64,000 nucleotides of DNA from Ptychomitrium polyphyllum. Taxonomy: Eukaryota. Positions 13,701 through 26,388 of the stretch are shown one piece after another. The position numbers and the translations under genes were made by a program. The DNA lies in assembly GCA_973851085.1 (NCBI GenBank), contig OZ316775.1:12524001-12588000 (forward strand), read 5' to 3'. The notes under the pieces were generated by a model. That model saw nothing but the letters and a program-made list of their open reading frames with translations. It searched no databases and was not told the origin of the DNA. Positions within the stretch are counted from its first letter, which is position 1. Every line of letters starts with the position of its first letter.

Positions 13701-15158
13701 AATACAATGATTGTAAATTAACACTTCTAATCAAATACACACTACTCCTTCTGATGTATTATGGACAAAGAATTATTTCAAAAACAAACTCTAGAATAGC
13801 ACCAAAAAATCAGCATTCAATATATATGCATCAAATTCAACTTAAGATCTTTTAATCATAGTATTAGATTTTTACTTGAAGACTTGATGATTTTACTTTT
13901 TAGTTTACTTTCACTCAAAAGCATTGAAGTATATGAAAATAAAAGTAAAAGAAAAACATATAATAGTTAAAAGATGTATGTATAGGGTAAGGAGAGAATC
14001 AAATAATATTGTCACATCCTACTTTAAGAGTGGTTTTATAGGTGAGTAGACATTAAAGTTATCAATACAAGATTTTGCTATTTTATTCTGAGCATGTTCA
14101 CAACTTCACACAAAAACAATTAGTTTCTCATATTTTCTCAGCATATGTAATATCAGTTTCAATCGCATTGAATGTTTTAGATTCTTGTCCGGCACAGAGA
14201 ACATAAAACACCCCTATACTCTTTTGGAAAGTGAAAGGAATGAATCAGCACTAAGACACGGCAAGGAGTGTCATACTAACACCAAATAAACCTGAAAGAG
14301 AAAGAAGAGACTCGAAGGCGGACCGCCCGGTGTGAAGTTAAGAGGCAGAGCCTGAAATTAAGATGCAGTGTTGCACTTGATTGATGATGGCGAAGGTGGT
14401 GCAGAGCTGGGCCCTGGCAAGCTATGGCATGGTCACCGGCACTGCATGATGGCGCCTAGCTCTTGTTGGTCCCTCCAACACAGGACCACCTTCCCAGGAC
14501 CCAGGTACACACATGCAGGCAATCAAGCACTTAATCCAGATGGTGCTCAAGTGCTCAACGCTCATCATCAGTGCTAACAAGTCCCTTTCTAATTAGCCGC
14601 TGTTGCCCACAGTCTGCAGCGCCAAGGAGATCGATTACTTCCTGTTTGTGGAGGGAGACGTGCAAGCGTGAGTGGCTACTAGTCTGAGATCGAGCCCCGG
14701 ATGTGGTTGAACAGAGAGAGAGAGAGATTAGAAGCTTAGTAAAAGTCATTTGCTTTCGGAAAGTTCGACTTGATTGGAAGGTGATGGTTGTTGTGGAGAG
14801 GCACCTTTTCTTGAACGCGTCCTGAATCATGAGGCAGCCGCACTGCGTTTGAATAGTATTATTTTTGGTCGATTGGAGCAGCCACAAGCAGTGACGCTGG
14901 ATTGGAGTCTCCGTCACACCAACTCCGCAGAATTGTGTTCTCTGGCAAGGTGTCGCTGTTGCTGCTGCCGTGGCGTTCAATCTTCGGCATGACCAGCCCG
15001 CTGCAGGGTTGATTGCTGTATGTTGTGCTGCTTTCTGTCTCCCCACAAGTGCAGCGCTTAGCTGCTACCTTGGAGATTGGAAGTTGGAGAAAGGTCTACA
15101 ATCTTCGTTCCAACAGCGAGTGCCTGCAAGGATTGGCTAAAGTTTGATTGGTGCCATT

Positions 15159-18100
15159 ATGGTGGCGAGCGAGGCAGAGGGAGCAGCCATGGAGCTCATG
15201 AGCACCAACGAGGACAGCAAAGCAGAGTATATGTATGTCACTGTTAGAGGTACGGAGTGCTTGTCTACTCTGTGCTGTCTTTCTGCTTTTGCTTCAGTTT
15301 TGTGACAGAATTCTGCAACAGAGAATATCTGAAGCCAGAGGAGACAGGCTTATGAACATTTCTCTGCAGAAATCCTGTAAAGAGATGGGCGGCAGAGCCC
15401 TTGCTCACTCTGTTTTCCACTCAGCTATTCTTTACTGGCTTCTTTTTGAGCTAGCATGTGTCGCAATATCATCTTAGCTTCTTTCCGAACCAATCGTCAG
15501 ACTCATACTTGCGGAAATGGACCCAGCCGGACTTACATGAACCCCTAGTTCCGAGTTTTACGTCTTCCCGGGATTACTGGATTAGCTTGTTATCCGCTGT
15601 ACTAAATTGGGCGGGGTTTATGCTCCTGCGCATATCTCTTTTCGTGAACATTCTCGAATTTTTTTGAACCTAGAGAAGGTGGGTTCGCTGTAATCGATGC
15701 ACAAACGTACTTGTCTCGAATTGCGAGGTTTGTTGTTGGGAGAAGTGCTGCAGTTAAATTCCTTCTCCAAGAGTCGCTTAAGTTCCTTTCTCTGTAAACC
15801 TACCTAATGCTTGAGAAGGTTGCCAGCAGTGTCTCGTGTATAGCAAATGGGAAAGTACGATTAAACTGAGGCTAGCATTGTTTGTCCTGATTTCATATCT
15901 AGGGAGTAGAAATGCCTGTCGAAATGTTTGTGGAAGTCGGACTGACGAAAGATTTATGTCCTGACTCCGTCTGTGCTGCGCAGCACCGAGATTGGCTGCA
16001 TTTCCCCTCAAGTGCTTCACATGGCTCTTGGAGACAGGAGTGACAAGCTCCCTCATATTGCCCAAGTTGAAGAAGGACAACCTGATTACCAAGGTAATTG
16101 CAAAACGAAGCCAATCGTCCCCACCAGTCACTAGCTCTTCACGCAGTGAGCAGATTTCACATCGGAGATGCTAATGGACATGGTGCCCAATCGTGGACAT
16201 ATGTTGGTTGCAAAGAAATGTGAGCGGTACATGACTTTCTTGTGTTTCCATGTTGTCCAGACATTTTTGGAGTCGCGGTATGAAGAACCACCGATGTACA
16301 TTCCGCAGTATAGTAACGAAATTGGTAATCTCTCATCCCGGTCCTGATCAGCACCATATTCAGCAGCAACCATGAATTTTCTTAACAAACTTGACAAATC
16401 TATTTTGATATTGATTGTAATGCAGCGGAGCTTACTCAGGAGCACATGGTGCAACGAGTTGAGCCTGGCACAATGCCAACTGAGAGTGTCAAGTCTGCCG
16501 TAGAGGGCCTGGCTCCACACATGGCAAGAATATCAAACAATAAAGTGGACGAGAAACATACATTCCGCCATTGGACCATTCGTGACTATGCCCATGCATA
16601 CGCTTCGGGAAGGCTGACTCCTACACAGGTAACTGTCACGCTTGTATATTTAAACTGGCAATAAAAGGCCTCACTTTGTCTCATGTGTATCAAATTAAAT
16701 GACATTAACCAGCTTACACATGGTGCAGGTGGCGGAGCGGTTTATATCCGCGGTGGAGGATTCAAATAAACTAGTGCCTGGAATGAACTTGTTCATAGCT
16801 GTAGATTCAAGAGACGTGCTTTCACAGGCTGCCGCTGCTACTGAGCGTTACAAACAAGGTGCTTTGTATACAATAGATATCTAGATACTGTGCTCTCTAG
16901 ATGTTGTTACAACCATATCCTTTCGAGAAATTATCACTCCATGGACTTTGTCCGGCTCCCTATCACAAGAAATCATTGCTCACTTTTGGGCTTCGTCGTG
17001 TGTTTATACAGGAAAGCCGTTGTCCATATTGGATGGAGTTCCAATTGCTGTGAAGGATGAGATAGACTGCTTACCTTACGCAACTACTGGTATGAGAATT
17101 GCAAACGATCAACTGGGGTAAAGTTGATGAGTAATATAAAGATTGAATAGTAGATTTTTTAAGCAGAATGTGTAGGGTTGTAAATAAAAATAGTGTTGTG
17201 GCAGGGGGGACGACATGGCTGGGCAAAGCGCGGCAGGTAAAGGAGGATGCTGAAGCAGTGAAACGCTTGCGTTCATGCGGAGCAGTGATGGCCGGGAAGA
17301 CCAACATGCATGAACTGGGTATGGGAACCACTGGCATCAACCCGCATTATGGGTACGTCTATAACTTCTTGAGCAGAAGCATCTCCTCCAACCATATCAA
17401 ATTCCAAAGCTAACATGAATTCACAGTTCATACAGAATTTTGGCCACAATCTGCAATTCTTCATGGAGACTGTACTATCCCCCCCTTGAACTGCCTTGAT
17501 CAGCAACAACCGAGTGATGAAGCGCTTTGTAAAGCGAACTGGTCCTCTTTACGGATCTCTGATGTCCTGATTCTTTTCCTGTGTGATACAGGGCAAGCCG
17601 TAACCCATATGACAAGACAAGAGTATCTGGAGGTTCATCAGGAGGCTCAGCAGCAGCAGTGGCAGCTGGCATTTGTCCAGCTGCACTGGGTGTCGATGGA
17701 GGAGGTGCTCTTTAAGACTTATCTCGTCGTAATTAACGTACCACAATCTGTTATAGACCAGTGAACACTCTGAAATTGTATCTCCCTTTTCAAGTGAAAA
17801 ATCCTTACTTCCATTATCAGTACCTAACCGCACATGGTTGGAATGGGTTACAGGCTCAGTGCGGATGCCTGCTGGTTTGTGTGGAGTAGTGGGCTTCAAA
17901 GCCACATTCGGCCGGACTTCAAATGCTGGGTATTTCCTCTCCCTTAAACACTCTGGCATGGCCTAGAAACCGAAGCTGTCAATGGTTACGATTACGTCTG
18001 AGCTTGAGGATCTAAATATTTATTACGATCATCGTCAAATCTCATGCTCAGTGGAGTCAGTCAGGAATGATTGTTTTGTCTTCGAATCATGTGCAATAAC

Positions 18101-20765
18101 TGTAATTTGATGACTCATGATTACTTGTTGAGTGTTCCTGCAGTGTTTTACCATTGAATTGGACGGTAGGAATGCTGGGCACTCTTACGGGGTCCGTGGA
18201 AGATGCAGTCATCATGTAAGCTTTTGATTTGTTTGCCATTGTCATAACAGGGTTACACCCCAAACTCCATAGAAACCAAGGTTGTAAATAATCGATATTT
18301 AAGTTTAAATTCTTCAGGTTAATTGAAATTTGATATTGTAGGTATGCAGCAATGAACGGGTCTCTTCCACATGACGATATTGTGACCTTCCCGGTAAAGC
18401 CCTCATCTCCACGATTTTCTTTACAATTTTAATTCAACATTTTCTTCCTCTTCACGATAGTTCAGCTAGCACTAATTGGGTTTGTATGTTTTGCAGCCAC
18501 CTGCAAACTTGCCTCTCTTTAAAAGTTCAGATCCAGAGCTCAACAGCATCACACAGCTGATAGGAGATCTTAAATTTGCCAAGTACTCAAAGGTAGAATG
18601 AGCTTTTGACCATGAAGTTCGATGCTGAAGACAAAGCAATACTGAATGTTCTTGTTGTTTCGTGCTTCTTTTCTATGTATGTTCTCTCACCAAGAAAGTT
18701 AATTAAGGTTTTGGCTATTTGCTTTTTTGGGTCATTTTGCAGTGGTTCGATGATTCTGATGAACCTGTACGGAATGCATGCTATCGAGCATTGCAATTAG
18801 TACAAAGCTCCTTCAATACCAAGGTGAATAATCATATGTTCCTAGAATAATTGTTTTTTACATGTGACTTGGAATAGATATATCTTGCAATTCAGCGTAC
18901 TCTGCAAGTTCGTGGTGAGCTCCAGATAAAAGCATAGATGGATTGTGAATACTTCTAAATCAAATGGTTTTCTGTTGCTGGGTATATTTGATGCATCGTA
19001 GGTAGTGGAAGTGACCATTCCCGAGCTTGAAGAGATGCGGTTGTCACATTTTGTGACAATAGGCAGTGAAGTGACCACTTCCATAGGGGGTGACTATCGA
19101 AAATTGTAAGCCTTTCACAAGTCATCATCCTTTGTAGTTTTGTTTTCTTACAAATATAGGCTGTCTTGATTGATCTGATTATGATGTATTGACTTTGTTA
19201 ATGATTCACAGGGGAATTGACGCATCTGGTGCAGACGTGCGTGTTGGATTCTCCATTTATAATGGTTTTAACAACCGAGAATTCATCACTGCACAAAGGA
19301 TGAGGTACTATTGAGATCTTAGCTACAGTAAGCAGGTTACCTAGTATGTCCCACATTATGTATCAGCTTATCTCTCAAACGATATCGTTGCATTGTTTCT
19401 TCCAGGTTTCGGCAGATGCATTATCATTTCGAGATCTTCAAGAAGGCTGACATCATCATCACACCGACTACAGGGTGAGGCACAAGCTAGAACTCAGCAG
19501 ACTTGAGTCTTACAAGCCTCAGTTTTGGAATTTACATACGGTAGAATTTGAATTGGTCACAGCACCGAAGACGGAGTACGTATGATTAATTTATGATCAC
19601 ATTCTTTTGTAGGGCAACTGCACCACCATTACGAGGCAATGCTGAAAATTGCGGAGAACTAGACTACGTTATCGGAGGTAAAGCATCACGTATACTCGTT
19701 TGTTTAATCGTCATAGGACGAATTCAGCTTCGTTAACTGTCTCATATTAGTAGCTCTCAGATTGTGTGAAATTGAAGCAGATATGTATACACCGTGTAAC
19801 ATGGGAACCATTATAAATTTCGCATATTGCTTTCCCTTTCATACTTTTTTATTTGATGCACATCAATTCACGTTGAATTTTTTAAACAGTTGCAGAAAGG
19901 AACTTTGAAACTGGCCACTATTCCTAAGCTAGATATTGCTCTGTTGCAGCCAAGCTGATGCGTTTTCAAATCGCTGGAAATTTTCTGGGGTTGCCAGCCC
20001 TCTCTGTACCGGTACGTTCACTTTCCAATAGTTGCTCGCCCCATTTTGCACGTTATTTCAAACCAAGTACTCAAGAATGGTTTTGTTGTTACCCAATATA
20101 TTCTCGATTGACACTTCTTCTAAATTTACTCTTTTCTATTGTACAAGGAAAGTTACTTTGCTTGGAAGAAGGTTTGAAAAGGACGATAGCGTCAACCTCA
20201 CTTCTGTTAACAAGTTAACTTGTTCTCACTCCCACCAACATTGTTATTGTACTCAGATTGATTTTGTGACTTGGCTCAACTAATCGCGTGAAATTGGGTT
20301 TCCAGATAGGACATGATGAGGATGGTTTACCAATCGGGTTGCAACTCATCGGCCGTCCATGGTCAGAAGCTACACTTCTGCAAGTGGCAGCTATTATTGA
20401 GGTTTGCACACTTTCTTGCTCATTCTTTCAGTTTGGGGCCTGTTGATATGTATTGAGCTGCATGGTATTCATCAACACCCAAGTAGGAGAATCACACAGA
20501 CTCTTCCCTGCAAAGGTGAATAATATGAACCTTTAATTTGCAACAGTGAATTTCTAAACTTGTTTAACTACCCCTGATGAAGTGAAGTTATATCACATAA
20601 ATTTATACCCGTATGTTTAGGACTTCAGCCTAATTTTGAGTTCGGCACGTATCAGGTGTCTGTACTTATATGCGTACTAATGGATAGGTTGGGCTGTCAT
20701 GATTACAGAGACTCTGTGCCCCGTATCGACGACAACCAGAGGTGTTATACGATCTCATCTTATAG
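15159..20765 (+). CDS. FAAH: Fatty acid amide hydrolase (amidase-signature family), multi-exon
   Basis: Exon 1 (15159-15249, MVASEAEG...VTVR) splices to [10 protein letters not shown]...LKKDNLITK. Later exons give [27 protein letters not shown] (catalytic Lys), [55 protein letters not shown] (Ser-cisSer), [12 protein letters not shown] and [19 protein letters not shown]. The last exon 20709-20765 reads [18 protein letters not shown]. Colinear with plant FAAH. Confidence 0.93.
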
Positions 20766-22025
20766 CATTCTACGCGATACTGAAATCAGAAGGTCCTGCC
20801 GTGGCTTTTCCAACTTAGTCCTGTTGCCTAAAAAGCTTCGTAATAGAAGCTGGTTTTCAAATTTCTTATTGCATAGCTCTGATATTGGGTTCGCAAAATT
20901 TTGCCAAAATTTTGGCCATTAACTTTTAGGCTCTAGGAATGTGATAGAGGTATGCATAAACGATTCTCGAGGTTATACAACTGGGATCACGAATATACAG
21001 TATCTTGACCACATCAGCAGTGACTTAATGCGGTAATGACATCCTGCATGAGACTGACATTAGGCACCTGAGATGCTCTTTTCTAAGAATACTGTAGGAA
21101 AAGGATGGACGAAAGGAAAGGAAGCATTTTCCCTTTGCAACTTAATGTGAAGTATACCGTAGCGTTGCATCTCGACTAAATATGTGGCTAGCTTTACTAT
21201 AATTGGGTTATATTTCGTATTGGGATACACTTCAAAAAAACTGCTGGTTCAGAGTCTTCAAACGTTACTTTGACGAAGGAATTTGAGACTCAGGAATTTA
21301 TTACTTGTTCTTACGATGCCAATACGACAATAAGCCTTTCACAAATAGGATGATTACCGTAAGGCCTGCTCAATGAATGTAGTAAGTGGTCATACCAAAG
21401 GGTGAGATTTTTTGCTGTGATTCATACCTGATACCTCAGGTTATTCGAGTGGCCATGTGTTTGGTATCAAGGTTTGAATAAATTCAGTTACAGCAGGGGA
21501 GGAGGAGCAGTGTAACTGCCTCACCTCGACCCTTCCAAGGCACATTGTACTCCCTGGTGCTAATCGCTCTTCATGTAGACATAACTTGGTGAAATAAAAG
21601 AGGCTTGAAACTTCGAAAGTACTTCAACATTCAACATCATTTATTAGCCAAGCCTGTCTCAAGTGAGTAAAGCTGTTCGCTTCACCTACTTGTATGCATC
21701 ACTTGATGCATCGGCACATGAGAAAGTATCATAACAAGCCATACTACACTTGAGAATTACTAGATTACATTATCATGGTTGCAAATCCGGCTTAACAAGA
21801 GCTAATGAATTCTTCTTTCCAAATGATCTAGGCTGCAAGAGGCTTGATACCACAGAGACAAAACCTCAACTTGAATGCCCTCCGGAAGACACTCTAATGT
21901 GAACTATCGAAAGGCCAGAAACGTAGGGCTGGTTCAGGACCATAAAAGAACAAAGGGGTCCATCATTACAGGCGTTCTACAATTTCGGTAGGTAAAAACA
22001 TTTTACCTCTTCCTTTTCGGAATGC

Positions 22026-24566
22026 TCATATTTCATACAAAGTACTAGATAGTCGTGGAGTGGCTCTCAAAGTCAGAGGCATTGACCTGAAACAGACGAG
22101 CCTCGATGACTCCTGGACGTCGTAGTCGTGAGGAAGTTGCCCTTTGATTGGCGCCCAATCGAAGCCTTGCACGAGGTAAGCCAATCCCAGTTGCAGCAAA
22201 CTAATTCCAAGATTTGCCCCGGGGCATCCTCGGCGACCATACCCAAAGGGTAAAAGCTTAAATTTGTCTATTTGTGATGCTGCGTCTGTACCTGTAAACC
22301 GCGTCGGATTGAAATGGAGCGGATTCTTCCATATTTCAGGATCACGTCCAATGGCTGCGTAGTCAATTACCACGGATGTGTTTGCCGGGATTTCGTACTG
22401 ACCAATTGGAGTTGCGACCTTGTTCATGTGCGGGAGTGACATGGGCACTGTTGGGTGGAGTCGGAGGGTCTCTTTCACAATTGCCTGCACGTCAGCCAGT
22501 TAAAGTCTGAGTAGTTTTAAAAGAAGAGACAACGTCTGGTAATAAGACAACAACCATATTAGAGTTATTAGAGCCAACCTAACAACCTACAAAGACGACT
22601 GATCTTAAGCGGCAACCAAATTCACTTTAAGAATCCAGAAAATACAAGTTGAATATTAAAACTGTCCAACATTTGATTGCCGCCTAGGAAGATCCAAAAA
22701 CATGCTAGAAGACTCACCTGGAAGAGAGAAAGCTGAGAAAATTCGGTATTATCTACGATCTTGTACGGACCGACAAAATCGGCCATTTCCATTTGAACTC
22801 TCTCCAGCAGTGCAGGGTGGCGAACAAGCTCTATAAGAGCCCATTCTATAGTAGCGCTGATTGGATATACGCCTCCTATCAAAGTATCCTGCAAATATGA
22901 ACTCAGCATCCGTCAATGTCTTGTGTGAAGATCTTAAGAACAGATACTAAGGAATAAGAGCCAACAAGGGTGCATACCAAGAGAATGCCCATGATGGCTT
23001 CGTTGGAGAGTTTGTCATCCTCATCTAGTGACAGCAGGACATCCACAAGAGCCTCTGGTTCTCCTTTGTCAAAGCGGTGGGAACGATCTTCAAGAATCTC
23101 TTGAAAATATGCTTTGAGACGTCGATGCAAGTCCTTCATTTTCTCTTCTCGACCACACAAGTCCAGCCACTTTAGCCCAGGTGTGAAGTCGCACAACGTC
23201 ATCTCACCCGCCACAGAAATGGTCTCATCCAGCAACGTGGTCAAGGTGTCCCTGGTAAACTGGATGCTGATATTCTCGATGTCCAGATGTGCCGTGCCCA
23301 ACAACATCCCACATAAGCTGTTGCGTACAAAGGTGGTAACTGTCTCTCGAACAGAGATGTCCTCCCCTCTCTGGGAGGCCTCCCAAATAGAGTGCAACAT
23401 TTTCGCCGCTTCGTTCTTTTGAATGTGTAGATAAGAGTCAGAACAGTCTCGGGAGAATAGACGAGTGTCGCAGAGCTTGCGCAGACACCAATGATGGTTG
23501 CCTTCCCCAAATGCTATGTCCGTGAAATCGAATCCCAAGTGCTTTCCTGCTGAGCATCGCGGCCGAAAGTAAAACTCCGCGTCATGCGCAACAAGCACCT
23601 AGCATAATTTCCAAAACATAGTGCTCAGGATACTTCCATAAACCAAGAGTAATGAAAAGAAACTGTGCTGATGCAATCGAACTTCTAAACCCTAAACCCC
23701 TGTGATCAATTCCAGGCAAGGCAATGGAAAGCTTCACCACGAGTGGCAACGAATGACAAGAATAAACTTGAAAAGACTAATTGCACAGAAGGAATGGTCT
23801 AACATAATTTCGTATCGTTACGCAGCAGCTCGTGAGAACCGCATCATACTACTGTCTATGAATTACGAAAAGTAGTAACAGCTGACGAACTTCCTCAGAC
23901 TATGAGTTAAAAACTCATCCGCACAGATTCAGAGATACTGCTTAACAAAATTTGTGATCGGATATAGGAAGCTCCGCACAACGATGAAGCTGTTTTTTTT
24001 AGTGCTCAATGCTTACCACACGATTTGATCATAAATTCTCACTTGAAGAATTGCAGACATGCATCGAGGGTTCTCGCGACACAAGCTGAAATGCAGAACA
24101 CGAATTATCTTCTTCGGTCTGAAAGAAAGCAAGAAGAGAGACTAATAGAGAGAGGGCTTCCACTGACCTCCTTGGCAAGCTCCCCACTCGAAACGACCAA
24201 AATCGTCGCATCCGCGATTTGCAGAAACATGAGCGGCCCATGCTTCGTGGCGAGTGCGGTGACCTTCTCCCGCAATCTGGACGACGATCTCACACCCGCA
24301 GTCAGGACAAGCTGCGGAAGGCTGCCCAGATAAGGCCACTGGAAAGGCCCGGGCGGCAGCTTCGAAAGCCTCTCTTTCCGCTTGTTATACTGCTCGAAAA
24401 ACACCACCAAGAAAAACACCACTGCTGCCAAGATGTACAACGCCCGCCCCACGCCGGCCGCATTCAGATCCCATCTCTGGTAGCTCTCCACCTGCGCCGT
24501 CATCCACGCCCTGGCCTCCTCCGTTAGCTGCCTTGGCACCCTCCCCGATCCCATCACCTGCGCCAT
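22026..24566 (-). CDS. Cytochrome P450, CYP71 clan (A-type), 4 exons, atypical I-helix
   Basis: Exons 24566-24168, 23598-22978, 22888-22718 and 22484-22026, all joined by GT-AG phase-0 introns. It has a membrane anchor, the LPPGPFQWPYLG hinge, K-helix KETLRLHP, FNPTRF (PERF equivalent) and heme motif PFGYGRRGCPG. The I-helix reads IGGVYPIS. Confidence 0.93.
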
Positions 24567-26388
24567 AACTCCGCAATAAAACTCCCTCCTTCCCCTCCCC
24601 CACACCTCACACGCACTCCCGAATTCAACCCCACCTCCCCGTCGGGCTTATGATCTCACCGCATCCCCAAAAAGCCAAAACTCACGACACCCCTGTCAAA
24701 AACCACAACAGCCATGAGAAACCACGATTCGGTTCCTGTTCCTCGACCACAGGACACGGAATCACGCCAAGCTTCGAAATAGATGAATGTTTCGCATTCT
24801 GTTTCACACTTTTTGAATGGGGGTTCAAAAGAGATGGTCTGTGATTGCGTAACAGAACAAGAAAGTCTAGTACGGCGATATGTGCGCTGTCTGTGCAAGA
24901 TTCGGCCGACCCTCTCGGAGTAGAACATCAGCGATGAGCGATTATGTCGGAACAGTCGCGAAGATTGGGGCTTATTCACAACGTGGGACTTTAGGAAAAT
25001 TCTATAGGCAGCATCTCCGGATCTTTCCACAAACTCGGACGAAACGATTCAATTCTTGTTTCCCCGACCCTCGTGTAGTTCATTTCTACCTTTTCTATGC
25101 TTTATCAAATGCAGGTGCCGCTTGCCATGACTTAGAGACTTCAGTTGCACATCAGATTCCAAGCCGAATCAAGAGGAAGGAAATTGGATCCCGGGCTCGG
25201 AGGCTGGCACGAGCAGGTCTCTTACATTGGGGCATCGGCTCGTTAAAGCATTGCTTCACATCATACAAACCTATAGGTTTTAAAAAAAGTACTGTACACT
25301 CCACAAGAACAATCAATCCATGATAGGATCGCACCCAAGGAATGAGCAGACTGGAGACATTACCAAAACCCTGAACCTCTACTAAAGGCTCCATCCACGT
25401 CCACTTCATTCAATCCTTGCGGTAAGGGAATCAAGACCATACAATTACTGCAAGGATATCGCATTGCAAACGTTTAATCTCACCTCAAAGCTCTTATATC
25501 CAACCACTTATTCACGCTCTGGTCCTCTATTGCAAAATCATGATACTTGTGGATATTCACAACAATGGCACCATTTCAAACTGTACAACCATTTTAGGTC
25601 TACTGCCACTACAATAATAACTAAACTGCACAATAAACTGAATCTAGGGCAACTTCTGCTGATATAGCTAGCAGAATATCCAAACAAATATCCATGCCTG
25701 CTGCAGAAGACAAATATGATCTTCGTACACTGTTGTGACATAGCAAAGCTGGCGTTACAAACCTCGCTGAATCTAGTCAACCAAAAATTTGTTACCCGCC
25801 TGCTTGGATATTCTTGAGGGGCTCATGTCGCAAGTAGAGCTGCGAAGTGTTATAAATACCTGAAGCAACATATGAATGCCGTGGTCAATAACCAGCTCCA
25901 GGTATGAAGCTCAGTAATGTTATCTTTCAGAAACCACTACATTTACAAATTCACTCAGAAGACAAGTCACATACTTAAACTACCACACTAAGTTCATGAA
26001 TTAGCAAGTAGAAATTAAGCCGCATCAGCAAAGATTTAATAACCAAAAACTTTCAAGTACACAGCTTCAAAGATGATGACAGATGATCGTCCTAATCAGG
26101 TGACCTACCTCAGAACACCATAGGATAATCATTAAAAAATGCCTCCCTACAGTACGGTCCTGAAATCAAAACGACAGAAAACATCTACTCACCCCACGGA
26201 ATTCCAAGTAGGTGTTCTTCAATTGTGTTGCCAGAACTACATCCTCCAAATATACCATAGTCCAAGTATACCCCCCAGGGGCAGCACTATATGTCCTGCG
26301 CCAGTACCACGCATTTCTCCTGGGCTCCCATACAGGTACTGACAGCCGCAGCTGGTACACATGTTTGAAGTATCACATTCCCTGGCAA

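Noticed and set aside
7800..14500. Short ORFs (60-110 aa) in the long intergenic region
   Set aside because: AT-rich, with no recognisable motifs or consistent exon chain; treated as non-coding or unidentifiable decayed repeats.
14368..15046. GC-richer ORFs upstream of FAAH
   Set aside because: No protein family signal; more likely the FAAH promoter/5' UTR, which includes a (GA)n tract at ~14713.
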